Origin: Fidelibacterota bacterium
Lineage (GTDB): Bacteria > Fidelibacterota > Marinisomatia > Marinisomatales > TCS56
NCBI GenBank assembly: GCA_043822705.1
Contig: JBDRBK010000053.1
Coordinates: 1-24,580, forward strand
Length of the DNA stretch: 24,580 bases
Reading direction: 5' to 3'
The notes under the pieces were generated by a model. It had not been told where the DNA came from and ran no database searches. It saw only the letters and a program-made list of their open reading frames with translations. A program made the translations under genes and the position numbers. This document shows, piece by piece, positions 1 to 9,511 of the stretch (positions are counted from its first letter, which is position 1; every line of letters begins with the position of its first letter).

Positions 1-28
1 CATCATCTGGTTTGCCCTGACCCAATGA
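1..28 (+). CDS. 3' end of an upstream CDS (partial, ...IIWFALTQ*)
   Basis: Frame from base 2 reads ATC ATC TGG TTT GCC CTG ACC CAA TGA. The stop (26-28) overlaps the ATG at 25 as ATGA, typical of translational coupling. Only 8 sense codons are visible. Confidence 0.4.
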
Positions 29-3000
29 TCGCTCCCATCGCCCGGCACCTGCGTAATTTCCGGCACGCCGCCCTGAAAACCGACCTGCAGGCACTGGCCT
101 GGTTTGGCTACAGTCTGGCGCTGATGACCACCCTGATCGCGCTGCTGACCGAAAGTGTTTTCTATCTGAGTCCCGGCCTGCGCTTCGGCGCCTGGAAAGC
201 CGGCCTGTTTCTGCTGCTGATCGCGGTCGCCGCCGGACTGGTCCTGGCCGTGCTGATTGCGCTTAACCGGGTCCGACGCTACCGCCCCACCGTGCTGGCC
301 CGGAAGATCGGAGGACTGGTCTTTCCCAAAACCGACACGGTCATCAACGCCCTGCAACTGGAACGCACCCTCGGCGGCAGCAGCGCCCCGGCCCTGTCGC
401 GGGCCTTCATCGACCAGGTCGATTCAACCTTGCAAGCTCTCGATCCAGATACGGTTTTCCCCCGGCAGCAACTACAGCGCTGGAAGCTAACCACCCTCCT
501 GCTGCAAATCGGCTTCGTTCTGACATTATTCCTTTTCTGGACCCCCACCACTTCCGCGATTTATCGCTGGGCCCATCCCCATAGTGAATTCCCGGTGCCG
601 AAACCGTTCCACCTGCTCAGTCACAGCCAGGATATCAGCATTCTGGGGGGCGAAAACATCGAAATCAGTATCCAGAGCATCGGCGCCAGCCCCGATTCCG
701 TCACGCTGGAACTGGTTCCCACCACCGTGCTGGCCGGCGATACTAACCTGACCCGAACCGCACCAGTGCTGCACCGTGTCGCGGCTCAGTCGCCGGGGGT
801 CTATGTGCTGAACCTGACCGAGGTTTACCAGGATTATCGCTACCGGGCTTTCGTGCCGGCCCGGCATTTCTGGCAATCCTGGAAAGAAGTCAGCTCCGCC
901 ACCCACCGGATATCGGTGACCGACCGGCCGGCTTTCGTGGATTTCACGATCACCGTGATTCCGCCGCGCTACACCGGATTGAAAGCCAGTTTCCAGAAAG
1001 GCAACCAGGCCAGCGTGCAGGGCCTGCGCGGATCGACGGTGAGCCTGAACCTGATAGCCAACCGGCCCCTCTCCGGCGGCTTCATCAGTCTCAACGACAA
1101 GCCGCTGCCGCTGACGGTGCGCGGCCGCCGGGCCGAAGGCCAGTTCAACCTGCGTGCGGACGGAATCTTCTCGGTCCATATCAGCGACCGCCGGGGCATC
1201 GCCAACCGCGAGCCGATCAAATACCATTTGCAGATGATTCCCGACCTGCCGCCCGACCTGAAAGTCATCCGGCCAGCGCCGGTGGTGGAACTGGGCGAGG
1301 ATCAGATTCTGCCGCTGCACCTGTCGATCAGCGACGATTTCGGTTTTTCCAAGCTCCAGGTCGGTTATGAAGTCCGTCGCCCGGCCTTCGCCGCCGCCGA
1401 ACCCTACACCGCCATTTTCGCCATCAGCGAAATCGCTCCCGCCACGCCCTCGCAGGAGGTATTTTCAATCTGGGATTTGACTGATCTGGATTTATTTCCG
1501 GAAGACGAGGTTCACTACCATTTCGAACTCTACGACAACGATGACGTCTCGGGACCGAAAAAATCAGTTTCCGCCAATTTTATCGCCCGGCTGCCGTCGC
1601 TGGCCGATCTGTTTGAAAAACTGGAACAGGGCGAAGCCGACCTGTCGCAGGAGCTCGAACTGGAAGCGGACGACCTGGAAATCCTGAACGACAAGCTGGA
1701 GCAGGCCCAACTGGAATTGCTGAAGCGCGAGGATATCAATTGGGAACAACAGCAGGCGCTGCGGGAATCGCTGGAAGAAGCCCGCGAAAAAGTCGAACAG
1801 ATGAAGAATTTTTCCGAAGCGCTGGACCAGTTGGCGGAGTCGGCCGAAAAACACGGTCTCTTCTCCGAGGATATGCTGGAAAAATTCCGCCAGTTGCAGG
1901 AGCTGATAGCGGAACTAATTTCACCGGAGCTGCTGGCCAGCATGGATCGCCTGAGCGAGGCGCTGGATCAGCTCGATCCCCAAGAACTATTGTCGGCAAT
2001 GGAACAATTATCGGCCAATCTGAACCAGATGGAGCAGCAACTGGACCGTTTCCTGGCGATCTTCGAGCGCATCCGGGCCGAGCAGAAAATGGAGGAAATC
2101 CGCGAACGGCTGGAACAGTTGGTCGAACAACAGGCCGGTCTGGATGAGAAAATTCAGCGCGCCGGTCCGGAAACGGAGCCGTCGGACCTGGCCCGGATGG
2201 CCCAGGAAGAACAGCGTAACAGCGAAGAATTCGATCACATCCGTGGGGTTATGGAGCAGGCCGCCGACGCCGTGGAAAAATTCAGCCCGCCGCTGGCCGC
2301 GGAACTGGACCAGTTAAGTCAATCGCAACTGGTCCAAGACGCCGCCGGGGCGCTGAAAAACGCCGGCAATAGCCTGCGGCAGCAGCAGCCCGCCGCTGCC
2401 GGTGGTCAAAGCCGGCAAGCCCTGGCCGACCTGGAACAACTACAGGGCCAATTCGGCGATCTGCAGCAGCGGTTCCAGCAGCAGGAAGTGCGTGCGATGA
2501 CCGACAAATTCCGGGCAGTACTGCGCGACCTGCTGACCGTCTCCAAGTCGCAGGAAAATCTGCAATCGGCCAGCAGTGAATTATCGCGCAACTCGCCGCG
2601 CCTGGGTGAAATGGCCAACCGGCAGCAACTGTTGCAGGACCAGTTGCGTCAGATCATGGGTCAGTTGCTGGATCTGTCCCGCGAGACCTTCGCCGTCTCG
2701 CCCGAGATCGGCCAGGCCGTGGGTATGGCCCATGCCCAGATGCAGGAAGCATCCGGCAGTCTGGAGCAGCGTGACGGGTCCGGCGCCGGTAACCGGCAGC
2801 GGGCCGCCATGGAAGCGCTCAACCGGGCCTCGCTGGCCGTCATTCAGGCCATGCGGGACATGGAGGCAGGCGGTTCCGCCAGTGGTTTCGAGCAATTCCT
2901 GCAGCGCATGCAACAGATGAGCGGTCAGCAGCAGGGCATCAATAACCAGGGCCTGCAACTGGCCCTGGGACAGATGGCGGCCTCAGCCCAACAGGCCTTG

Positions 3001-3450
3001 ATGAAACGGATGCTGCAGGAACAGCAGCAGGTCCGCAAATCGCTGCAGCAATTAATGGATGAAATGCAACAGTCCGGCCGTCAGGGCCTGGGCGATCTGG
3101 GCGGCATCGCCGGCGAAATGGACGAGGTGCTCAAGGACCTGCAGCGTCAGCGCTATACGCGCCAGACCCAGCAGCGCCAGGAGCGAATACTGACCAGGAT
3201 GCTGGACAGCCAGCGTTCCCTGACCCAGCGCGATTACAAGAAAGAACGCACTTCCCGGGCAGCCGAAGCGGCGGTCTTCTCCGGTCCCGGCGGACTGCCG
3301 GCCGATCTGGGCCAGCGCCGCAGCCTGGCGCTGGAAGCGCTGAACCGCGCCCTGAAATCCGGATATCCCCGGGATTATCAGAACATGATCCGGCGCTACT
3401 TTGACACCCTGAGCCAGGACAAGACCCTGGTAACCGAGGAAGCGAAATGA
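25..3450 (+). CDS. DUF4175-like large membrane-anchored coiled-coil protein
   Basis: 1141 aa ORF with about 3 N-terminal TM helices, a beta-rich middle region containing 'SDDFGFSKL' and 'YHFELYDNDDVSGPK', a long Q/E-rich coiled coil, and a C-terminal 'YPRDYQNMIRRYF' motif. This matches my recollection of DUF4175/TIGR02302-like proteins. Confidence 0.7.
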   Translation: MIAPIARHLRNFRHAALKTDLQALAWFGYSLALMTTLIALLTESVFYLSPGLRFGAWKAGLFLLLIAVAAGLVLAVLIALNRVRRYRPTVLARKIGGLVFPKTDTVINALQLERTLGGSSAPALSRAFIDQVDSTLQALDPDTVFPRQQLQRWKLTTLLLQIGFVLTLFLFWTPTTSAIYRWAHPHSEFPVPKPFHLLSHSQDISILGGENIEISIQSIGASPDSVTLELVPTTVLAGDTNLTRTAPVLHRVAAQSPGVYVLNLTEVYQDYRYRAFVPARHFWQSWKEVSSATHRISVTDRPAFVDFTITVIPPRYTGLKASFQKGNQASVQGLRGSTVSLNLIANRPLSGGFISLNDKPLPLTVRGRRAEGQFNLRADGIFSVHISDRRGIANREPIKYHLQMIPDLPPDLKVIRPAPVVELGEDQILPLHLSISDDFGFSKLQVGYEVRRPAFAAAEPYTAIFAISEIAPATPSQEVFSIWDLTDLDLFPEDEVHYHFELYDNDDVSGPKKSVSANFIARLPSLADLFEKLEQGEADLSQELELEADDLEILNDKLEQAQLELLKREDINWEQQQALRESLEEAREKVEQMKNFSEALDQLAESAEKHGLFSEDMLEKFRQLQELIAELISPELLASMDRLSEALDQLDPQELLSAMEQLSANLNQMEQQLDRFLAIFERIRAEQKMEEIRERLEQLVEQQAGLDEKIQRAGPETEPSDLARMAQEEQRNSEEFDHIRGVMEQAADAVEKFSPPLAAELDQLSQSQLVQDAAGALKNAGNSLRQQQPAAAGGQSRQALADLEQLQGQFGDLQQRFQQQEVRAMTDKFRAVLRDLLTVSKSQENLQSASSELSRNSPRLGEMANRQQLLQDQLRQIMGQLLDLSRETFAVSPEIGQAVGMAHAQMQEASGSLEQRDGSGAGNRQRAAMEALNRASLAVIQAMRDMEAGGSASGFEQFLQRMQQMSGQQQGINNQGLQLALGQMAASAQQALMKRMLQEQQQVRKSLQQLMDEMQQSGRQGLGDLGGIAGEMDEVLKDLQRQRYTRQTQQRQERILTRMLDSQRSLTQRDYKKERTSRAAEAAVFSGPGGLPADLGQRRSLALEALNRALKSGYPRDYQNMIRRYFDTLSQDKTLVTEEAK

Positions 3451-5348
3451 GGCGGCGCTCCATCTGGTTGGTGCTGGCCCTGCTGCTGACCGGTCTGCCG
3501 GGACAGGTCCGGGTCGTGCCCATGGGCGCGGCGGCACTGGAAGAAGCTCAGGTGCTGGAACGGCGCGGCGACGTGGAAGCCGCGCGGGAAATCTACCGCG
3601 ACATTCTGGCCGGCAATCCCCGCCACCACCAGGCCTACCAGAATCTGAAGAACAGTCTGGTAGCCGGCGGCGAACTGGACGAGGCGATACAACTGGTCAA
3701 TACCTACCTGGAGAATGCTCCCATGGACCTGAACGCCCGGATCGAGCTGGGCGAATTATACTTCCGCCGGAACGACAAGGAACAGGCTTTCCGGATCTGG
3801 AAAGCGCTGGAGGCGCAGTTAAGCAGCAACCAGAATTTTTACCGCACCCTGATATTCACTTTCGCCCGCCTGTCGCTGCCGGAAGAGATGGAAGCACTGG
3901 CCGACCGGGCCCGCACGCAATTCAACGATGCCGCCTTCCTGGCCATTGATCTGGCCAATTATTATCATTCCCGGGGTGCCGTTGACCGCGCCGTCGATGA
4001 ATTTCTCAATCATCTATTGACCCAGCCGCGGCAACTCAAATACGTGACCGACCGGATTCTGCTGCTGAGCGACGAACCGGAAAACCAGACCGTCATTGAA
4101 AATCGATTACTGACGCGGTTGCCGGAAGATGAACTGCTAGTGCGCCAGGTTCTGGCCGGTTTCTATTTCAAGATACGCCGTTTTGACGACGCAGTCGAGC
4201 AGCACCGGCTGATGGGCCTGAACACCCCGGATGATTTTATCCGCTGGCTGGAGCTGGCCCGCAACCTGCGCCTGGAACGGGAATTCGGGTCCGCCCTGGC
4301 CGCCTACCAGACCCTGCTCCAGAGCGACCTGCAAAAACAGTTACCGGTGCGAGTGGCCGGTGAAGCACTGTTGGGCATGGGCCAGTGCTTCGAGGAACAG
4401 ATCGTTCCCGATGACGCCCATGAACCACTGGTGCGGTTTTTCCCCGATAACCAGATTTTTGCCAGCCACTTTTACGGTGCCCCGGAAATATCGACCGTCC
4501 CGCTGGAGCATTCCTTCCGGCTGTACGATTCGATCCTGGTGGAATTGCCAAAATCCGGGTTTCTGGCCCAGGCGCATTTCCGGATCGGCGAGATCAGGTA
4601 CCGCATCACCCGTGATTTCGACGGCGCGCTCCAGTCCTACCAGGCGGCGCTGGCGGCCCGTCCCGACAATGATTTGCGGCAGGCGTTGCTGCTACGGCTG
4701 GGAGATGTGCAACTGGCCAAAGGCGCGCTGCCGGCCGCCCAGGAACATTTCCTGAAAAACCTCGAAGCGGCGGGGACCGATGAGGCCGCCAATCCATTCC
4801 TGCTGCGGCTGATCCAGACCAACCTTCTGGCCGGCGATGTGGAATCGGCCCTGACCCTGATCGAAACGACGATCGCGGAAACACAGCCGACCCACGCTAA
4901 TTTCAACGACCTGCTGGAAGTCCAGAACCTGATCGCCACCTACTACAGCAACACCAGCGAAAACGACCGGGCCGCCTTCCAGATTTTCCTGCAGGCCGAA
5001 AACCTGATTCGGCAGAATAAACTGAGTCAGGGCGCCCAACTGCTGCAGGCCCTGCGCCGGGAGCAACCGAATCTGGCGCTGATTCCACTGGTCACGTTGC
5101 GGCTGGCGCTGTTGACGGCCCTGACCAGCGATATTACTGCGGCGGTGGATCTGGCCCTGGCCCTGGCCGGGACCGAACTGGCCGACCAGGGGCTGGCGCT
5201 GGCCGGTGAAATCCATGAAATCCGTGCTCACCAACCGGATACGGCCTTAATTTATTACCATCGCGTTCTGGAAGAATACCCGCGCTCGATTCTGGCCGAG
5301 CCGGTGCGTTTTCATATCCGGGCGCTGAATCAGAAACTTGGGAGCTGA
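3447..5348 (+). CDS. Exported tetratricopeptide-repeat protein
   Basis: 633 aa. Signal-peptide-like N-terminus (MRRRSIWLVLALLLTG), several TPR-like helices (ARIELGELYFRRNDKEQA; AQAHFRIGEIRYRITRDFDGALQSY) and C-terminal 'YYHRVLEEYPRSILA'. ATGA overlap with the upstream gene and a GAGGA RBS. Confidence 0.8.
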   Translation: MRRRSIWLVLALLLTGLPGQVRVVPMGAAALEEAQVLERRGDVEAAREIYRDILAGNPRHHQAYQNLKNSLVAGGELDEAIQLVNTYLENAPMDLNARIELGELYFRRNDKEQAFRIWKALEAQLSSNQNFYRTLIFTFARLSLPEEMEALADRARTQFNDAAFLAIDLANYYHSRGAVDRAVDEFLNHLLTQPRQLKYVTDRILLLSDEPENQTVIENRLLTRLPEDELLVRQVLAGFYFKIRRFDDAVEQHRLMGLNTPDDFIRWLELARNLRLEREFGSALAAYQTLLQSDLQKQLPVRVAGEALLGMGQCFEEQIVPDDAHEPLVRFFPDNQIFASHFYGAPEISTVPLEHSFRLYDSILVELPKSGFLAQAHFRIGEIRYRITRDFDGALQSYQAALAARPDNDLRQALLLRLGDVQLAKGALPAAQEHFLKNLEAAGTDEAANPFLLRLIQTNLLAGDVESALTLIETTIAETQPTHANFNDLLEVQNLIATYYSNTSENDRAAFQIFLQAENLIRQNKLSQGAQLLQALRREQPNLALIPLVTLRLALLTALTSDITAAVDLALALAGTELADQGLALAGEIHEIRAHQPDTALIYYHRVLEEYPRSILAEPVRFHIRALNQKLGS

Positions 5349-5349
5349 A

Positions 5350-6600
5350 GTGAACAGACTGATCACCTTGCTGCTGCTGTTGAACCTGGCCGGGGCGCAA
5401 AAATTGCTGATCCCCATGGACCAGGTCCAGAAGGACCACCTGAAAGCCTACGGCATCACTTTCTGGATTCTGGAACAGGATATTAACGTGGAATGGCTGC
5501 TCAATTATCGCGGCGGATCGTTCCTGGTCGATTCCTACGATATGATCCAGCAGGAATGCCGGGTCCGGGGCGTCACCTTCGAAACCGCCGATCCCCAGGC
5601 CGTGCTGGCCGTTTACGGCACGATCGAAAACAATAATATGGACATCGTCCTGCTGGAAAAGGCGCCGCGGATCGCCATTTATTCACCACCCAACAAACAA
5701 CCCTGGGATGACGCCGTTACGCTGGCCCTGACCTATGCCGAAGTACCTTACGATGTGCTCTGGGATGTAGAAGTCCTGGCCGGCAAACTGGACAACTACG
5801 ACTGGCTGCACCTGCATCACGAAGACTTCACCGGGCAGTACGGCAAATTCTACCGCAATTACGCCAGCGCCACCTGGTACATCGAGCAGCAACGGGAATT
5901 CGAGGCCCTGGCCCTGCGGCTGGGTTACAATTCCGTGCACGCCGAGAAAAAGGCGGTTGCTTTCGCCATCCGTAATTATGTCGGGCAGGGCGGTTTTCTG
6001 TTCGCCATGTGTTCCGCCACCGATTCCTACGATATCGCCCTGGCCATGGGCGAAGTCGACGGGGTCGAGATCGTTTACGACAACACGCCCGCCGACCCGC
6101 AGTTACAAAAAAAGCTGGACTACAAACGCACCTTCGCCTTCACCGATTTTACCGTGATCACCGATCCGCTGGTATATGAATATTCCGACATCGATTACCC
6201 ACCAAGCAATAATCCGGTGACCCGCGGCGCCGAGCGCGATTATTTCACCCTGTTCGAGTTCTCCGCCAAGTACGACCCGGTGCCGACCATGCTGACCCAG
6301 AATCACGTGGCGGCCGTCAAGGGTTTCATGGGCCAGACCACCGGTTACCGGCGTCCGCTGGTCAAGAAGCATATCGTCATCATGGGCGAAGATCCGGCCA
6401 GCGAGCAGGTCAAGTACCTGCATGGCAATTTCGGTCAGGGCACGTTCACTTTTCTCGGCGGCCATGACCCGGAGGATTACCAGCATTTCGTCGGCGATCC
6501 GGCCACCGACCTGTCGCTGCACCGCAATTCCCCCGGCTATCGCCTGATTCTCAACAACATCCTGTTCCCCGCCGCCCGTAAGAAAGAGCGCAAGACCTGA
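5350..6600 (+). CDS. Conserved secreted protein with class I glutamine amidotransferase-like fold (family often labelled 'asparagine synthetase B' in FCB genomes)
   Basis: Start moved to GTG 5350 because GGAG lies at 5341-5344 and the TPR gene stops at 5348. Signal peptide-like MNRLITLLLLLNLAGAQ. Motifs 'HLKAYG', 'PWDDAVTLALTYAEVPY', 'DWLHLHHEDFTGQYGKFY', 'GGFLFAMCSATD' and 'GGHDPEDY'. Confidence 0.75.
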   Translation: MNRLITLLLLLNLAGAQKLLIPMDQVQKDHLKAYGITFWILEQDINVEWLLNYRGGSFLVDSYDMIQQECRVRGVTFETADPQAVLAVYGTIENNNMDIVLLEKAPRIAIYSPPNKQPWDDAVTLALTYAEVPYDVLWDVEVLAGKLDNYDWLHLHHEDFTGQYGKFYRNYASATWYIEQQREFEALALRLGYNSVHAEKKAVAFAIRNYVGQGGFLFAMCSATDSYDIALAMGEVDGVEIVYDNTPADPQLQKKLDYKRTFAFTDFTVITDPLVYEYSDIDYPPSNNPVTRGAERDYFTLFEFSAKYDPVPTMLTQNHVAAVKGFMGQTTGYRRPLVKKHIVIMGEDPASEQVKYLHGNFGQGTFTFLGGHDPEDYQHFVGDPATDLSLHRNSPGYRLILNNILFPAARKKERKT

Positions 6601-6613
6601 TCGCTCCGAATTT

Positions 6614-6633
6614 GTAGATCGGGTCTACCCGAT
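6614..6633 (+). repeat. GTAG-headed short palindrome (REP-like, single copy)
   Basis: GTAG followed by ATCGGGT-CT-ACCCGAT, 13 nt after the stop at 6600. Confidence 0.3.
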
Positions 6634-6778
6634 TCAGCCATCCCCGACGCCGTTGACCAGGCAGAAGGGAATCAATCGGATGCAGGGGGAGATGATGTAT
6701 GGGGAGGTGATAATAATGAATTATTGATTATTTTGCATTTAAATTGCATTCAACAATCTATTAAATGAGGAATATATT

Positions 6779-7309
6779 ATGACCGATTTTCAAATTGGAG
6801 TTCAAATAGTGGCCACATCGGTAATGGCAATAACCTCTATAGTTATAGCATGGAATGCACTCAGTATGAAATCAGTCATTGAAGAAAATGCCCGCAGGAT
6901 GGAAAATATTAGTGAGGAAAGCATTAAAATAGCTGCTTGGGAGATAAGATGGAATTTATTTGATACTTTCCGTCTATGGCCAATAAGAGTTCAAAAGTAC
7001 TTACCCTCTAAAGAGCAGGCAATATTGTTCTCTGGCAAAGAAGCAGCAGATTTCATCAATTTAAATGCTATTGAAATGGGATCCGTTATTAAACGATTAA
7101 AACTAGTATTTAACGCAGATCAATTTATTGTTTTATTTCTTGAAAAGTATCAAACAATGATTGAGCCACTCATTTCATTAGAAATTGGTGGTGAAAATAA
7201 AGTTGAAGATGTTAATAAATCGTTAGAACAATTTTTAATATGGGTTAGCGATGAATTCTTCTCCAAAATGGAAGAACGTATGTTGAAGTTAATGAAATTC
7301 GATTTCTGA
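6779..7309 (+). CDS. AT-rich hypothetical protein with an N-terminal TM helix
   Basis: 176 aa ORF with GAGGA RBS at 6767-6771 and a hydrophobic segment at about aa 6-28. GC is much lower than the flanks (sampled 60-mers about 23% and 42%). Confidence 0.7.
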   Translation: MTDFQIGVQIVATSVMAITSIVIAWNALSMKSVIEENARRMENISEESIKIAAWEIRWNLFDTFRLWPIRVQKYLPSKEQAILFSGKEAADFINLNAIEMGSVIKRLKLVFNADQFIVLFLEKYQTMIEPLISLEIGGENKVEDVNKSLEQFLIWVSDEFFSKMEERMLKLMKFDF

Positions 7310-7436
7310 TTATGTAGTAGTCCTATTTAGAAATGGGTGTTGATACACCCGAATTTGGTGTTCCATTGAAATGGAAAAAAGTCTCATTTAATTTGGGCGT
7401 TGATACCTTCCCCCGTCTGTACTTGAAATTTTTTCT

Positions 7437-7480
7437 TTGATCTACCATGATTTTACAATTAAAATCGAACGAACGTTCGA
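7437..7480 (+). promoter_or_regulatory. Sigma70-type promoter with overlapping TetR-like operator
   Basis: TTGATC (7437-7442), 17 nt spacer, TAAAAT (7460-7465). Perfect inverted repeat TCGAACG-AA-CGTTCGA (7465-7480) covers the predicted +1. Confidence 0.7.
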
Positions 7481-7501
7481 ACTGAATATCAAACTTTTAA
7501 A

Positions 7502-8830
7502 ATGACAATGAAAAATCTGAAAACTATCGCCTTAGCCGTATTGATCGCCAATGGGCTGCCGGCCCAGGGAATCTTCGAAAGCGCCGGTAGCGCACCGGCG
7601 GCAACCGCCGAGAATTCCGGGCTAGCGATTAGCGGCTTCGTCCGCAGTACGGCCTATATCAACCGGATCGGTAAAAACGACGGTCCCCAATTGCAGAGCG
7701 GGTACGGCGAAGCAGCGTTGAAATTCCAGGCCACCGCCGGCGACTGGGCCGACGGTTTCACCGAATTGCGCTTTCGTCGCGGTCACGAATACGGCAGCGA
7801 GATCGCCGAATTCGATATTTCCGAGGCCTATGTCAATGCCGCCTGGTGGAAATTCGACCTGCGCTGCGGCCAGCAGATCGTGGTCTGGGGCCGGGCCGAC
7901 GGCTTCAATCCCACCAACAATATCACCCCGCAGAATACCACCGTGCGCTCCCCGGACCCCGATGATATCCGCGGCGCCAATTTTCTGCTGCGGACCCATT
8001 TCAACCTGAGTCCGGCCCTGCGCCTGGAAGCTATCTGGGTGCCGGAATATTCACCGACCGTGCTGGCTTTCGAGCTGGCGGACCTGCCGCAGAATATTGC
8101 CATCGGACCCGGCGTCTATCCCGCTGCGGGACTGGAAAACAGTCTCCGGGCCGGTCGCCTGTCGCTGGAATTGCCGGCCTTTGACGGTTCGATCTCCTAC
8201 GTCAGCGGCTACAATCCCATGCCCGGCATCAAGTTGACGGCGGTCGATATGAATACCGGAGCGGTTACGATTGCTCCGGCCGCTTACAAACAACAGGTCT
8301 TTGGTTTTGATTTTTCCACCGCCGTCGGTTCCTGGGGATTGCGCGGAGAAGCGGCCTACCGCATCCCCGAAGAGACACACAATAGCTTTCCCAATTATTA
8401 TATCCCCTGTGAGGATGCCTATTATGTCATCGGTATCGACCGAATCTGGGGTGATTTGAATCTGATCGCCCAGTATATCGGCCGCTACCTGCCGGATTTC
8501 GCCGACCTGGATCTTACAGCCAATCCAATTTATGGCCCGCTGGAAAATTACAACCGCCTGTTCGCCAACCAGACCGACCAGTGGCGCCACGCCATCAGTT
8601 TCCGCCCGGCTTACAGCCTGTTTTACGAGACACTGAGCCTCGAACTGTTCGGTATGTACGATCTGACCACCAGTGAAATGATGCTGATCCCCCAACTAGT
8701 GTATAAGCCGGCCGATGCATTCACAATCACTGCCGGCGGCAATATTTATTCCGGCGACAGCGGCACTCTCTACGACCTGATCGAAGACAGTTATAACGCC
8801 GTGTATTTTGAACTGAAAATTGCGTTTTAA
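7502..8830 (+). CDS. Outer-membrane beta-barrel protein (DUF1302-like)
   Basis: 442 aa (start may be ATG 7508). Signal peptide, 'EAYVN...DLRCGQQIVVWGRADGFNPTNNI' motif, alternating beta-strand pattern, and C-terminal Phe (YFELKIAF). Context with MMPL and LolA-like genes fits. Confidence 0.75.
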   Translation: MTMKNLKTIALAVLIANGLPAQGIFESAGSAPAATAENSGLAISGFVRSTAYINRIGKNDGPQLQSGYGEAALKFQATAGDWADGFTELRFRRGHEYGSEIAEFDISEAYVNAAWWKFDLRCGQQIVVWGRADGFNPTNNITPQNTTVRSPDPDDIRGANFLLRTHFNLSPALRLEAIWVPEYSPTVLAFELADLPQNIAIGPGVYPAAGLENSLRAGRLSLELPAFDGSISYVSGYNPMPGIKLTAVDMNTGAVTIAPAAYKQQVFGFDFSTAVGSWGLRGEAAYRIPEETHNSFPNYYIPCEDAYYVIGIDRIWGDLNLIAQYIGRYLPDFADLDLTANPIYGPLENYNRLFANQTDQWRHAISFRPAYSLFYETLSLELFGMYDLTTSEMMLIPQLVYKPADAFTITAGGNIYSGDSGTLYDLIEDSYNAVYFELKIAF

Positions 8831-8838
8831 TCTGAATC

Positions 8839-9474
8839 ATGGCTGAGAAAAACGCCCGTGAAATTAAACAGCGGATTTTCAATACCGCCGTAAAACTGTT
8901 CGCCCGCAAATCCTACGGATTGGTGGGCGTTCGTGAAATCGCCGCCGATGCCGGTGTCAGCATTTCGATGATTTCCTACCATTTCGGCGGCAAGGCCGGC
9001 ATCCTGGAAGCAATTATCGAGAAATATTTCGGTCTGTTTACTACCATGTTCAATGCAGCAGTCCGCGATGACCACAGTTTCGAACAAAATGTGCGACGTT
9101 TTTTCCACGGCTTTGTCGACTTGATTCGCAGTGAACGTGATCTGAGCCTGGTCTGGCATTCTGAATTGAACAATGAAATCCCCGAGGTCAGCGATATTAA
9201 ATACCGCCACTTGCTTGAGATGGGTGCCGATGCCAACCGGCTGCTGGGCAAGATCGGTCTCGATATCACCCGCGATGTTGAAACCGTAAATATCATCGGT
9301 TCCGCCATGATTCAGATGATCTACTCGCATTTTACTTCCGGCCGGCTGCTGGATCAGCAGAATGAGACCATTGAATTTGACGACGAGTTCTACGACCGCT
9401 ACGCCGCCATTTTAGCCGATCTATGCCTGAACGGTATAAAAGGCGTGTTTACGGTAAATGAAACGGCCACATAA
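8839..9474 (+). CDS. TetR/AcrR family transcriptional regulator
   Basis: N-terminal HTH 'IFNTAVKLFARKSYGLVGVREIAADAGVSISMISYHFGGKAGIL'. Confidence 0.95.
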   Translation: MAEKNAREIKQRIFNTAVKLFARKSYGLVGVREIAADAGVSISMISYHFGGKAGILEAIIEKYFGLFTTMFNAAVRDDHSFEQNVRRFFHGFVDLIRSERDLSLVWHSELNNEIPEVSDIKYRHLLEMGADANRLLGKIGLDITRDVETVNIIGSAMIQMIYSHFTSGRLLDQQNETIEFDDEFYDRYAAILADLCLNGIKGVFTVNETAT

Positions 9475-9511
9475 AAAGACAAATAATATTGACCGGATAA
9501 TGGACTGACTA

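Noticed and set aside
1620..3240. CAG-rich low-complexity stretch
   Set aside because: Reflects Gln/Glu-rich coiled-coil coding rather than a DNA repeat array.
7310..7410. Possible integron attC site or CRISPR remnant (ATTGAAA motif, 60-nt repeat spacing)
   Set aside because: No RYYYAAC/GTTRRRY pair, only two 13-nt copies, and no integrase or cas genes.
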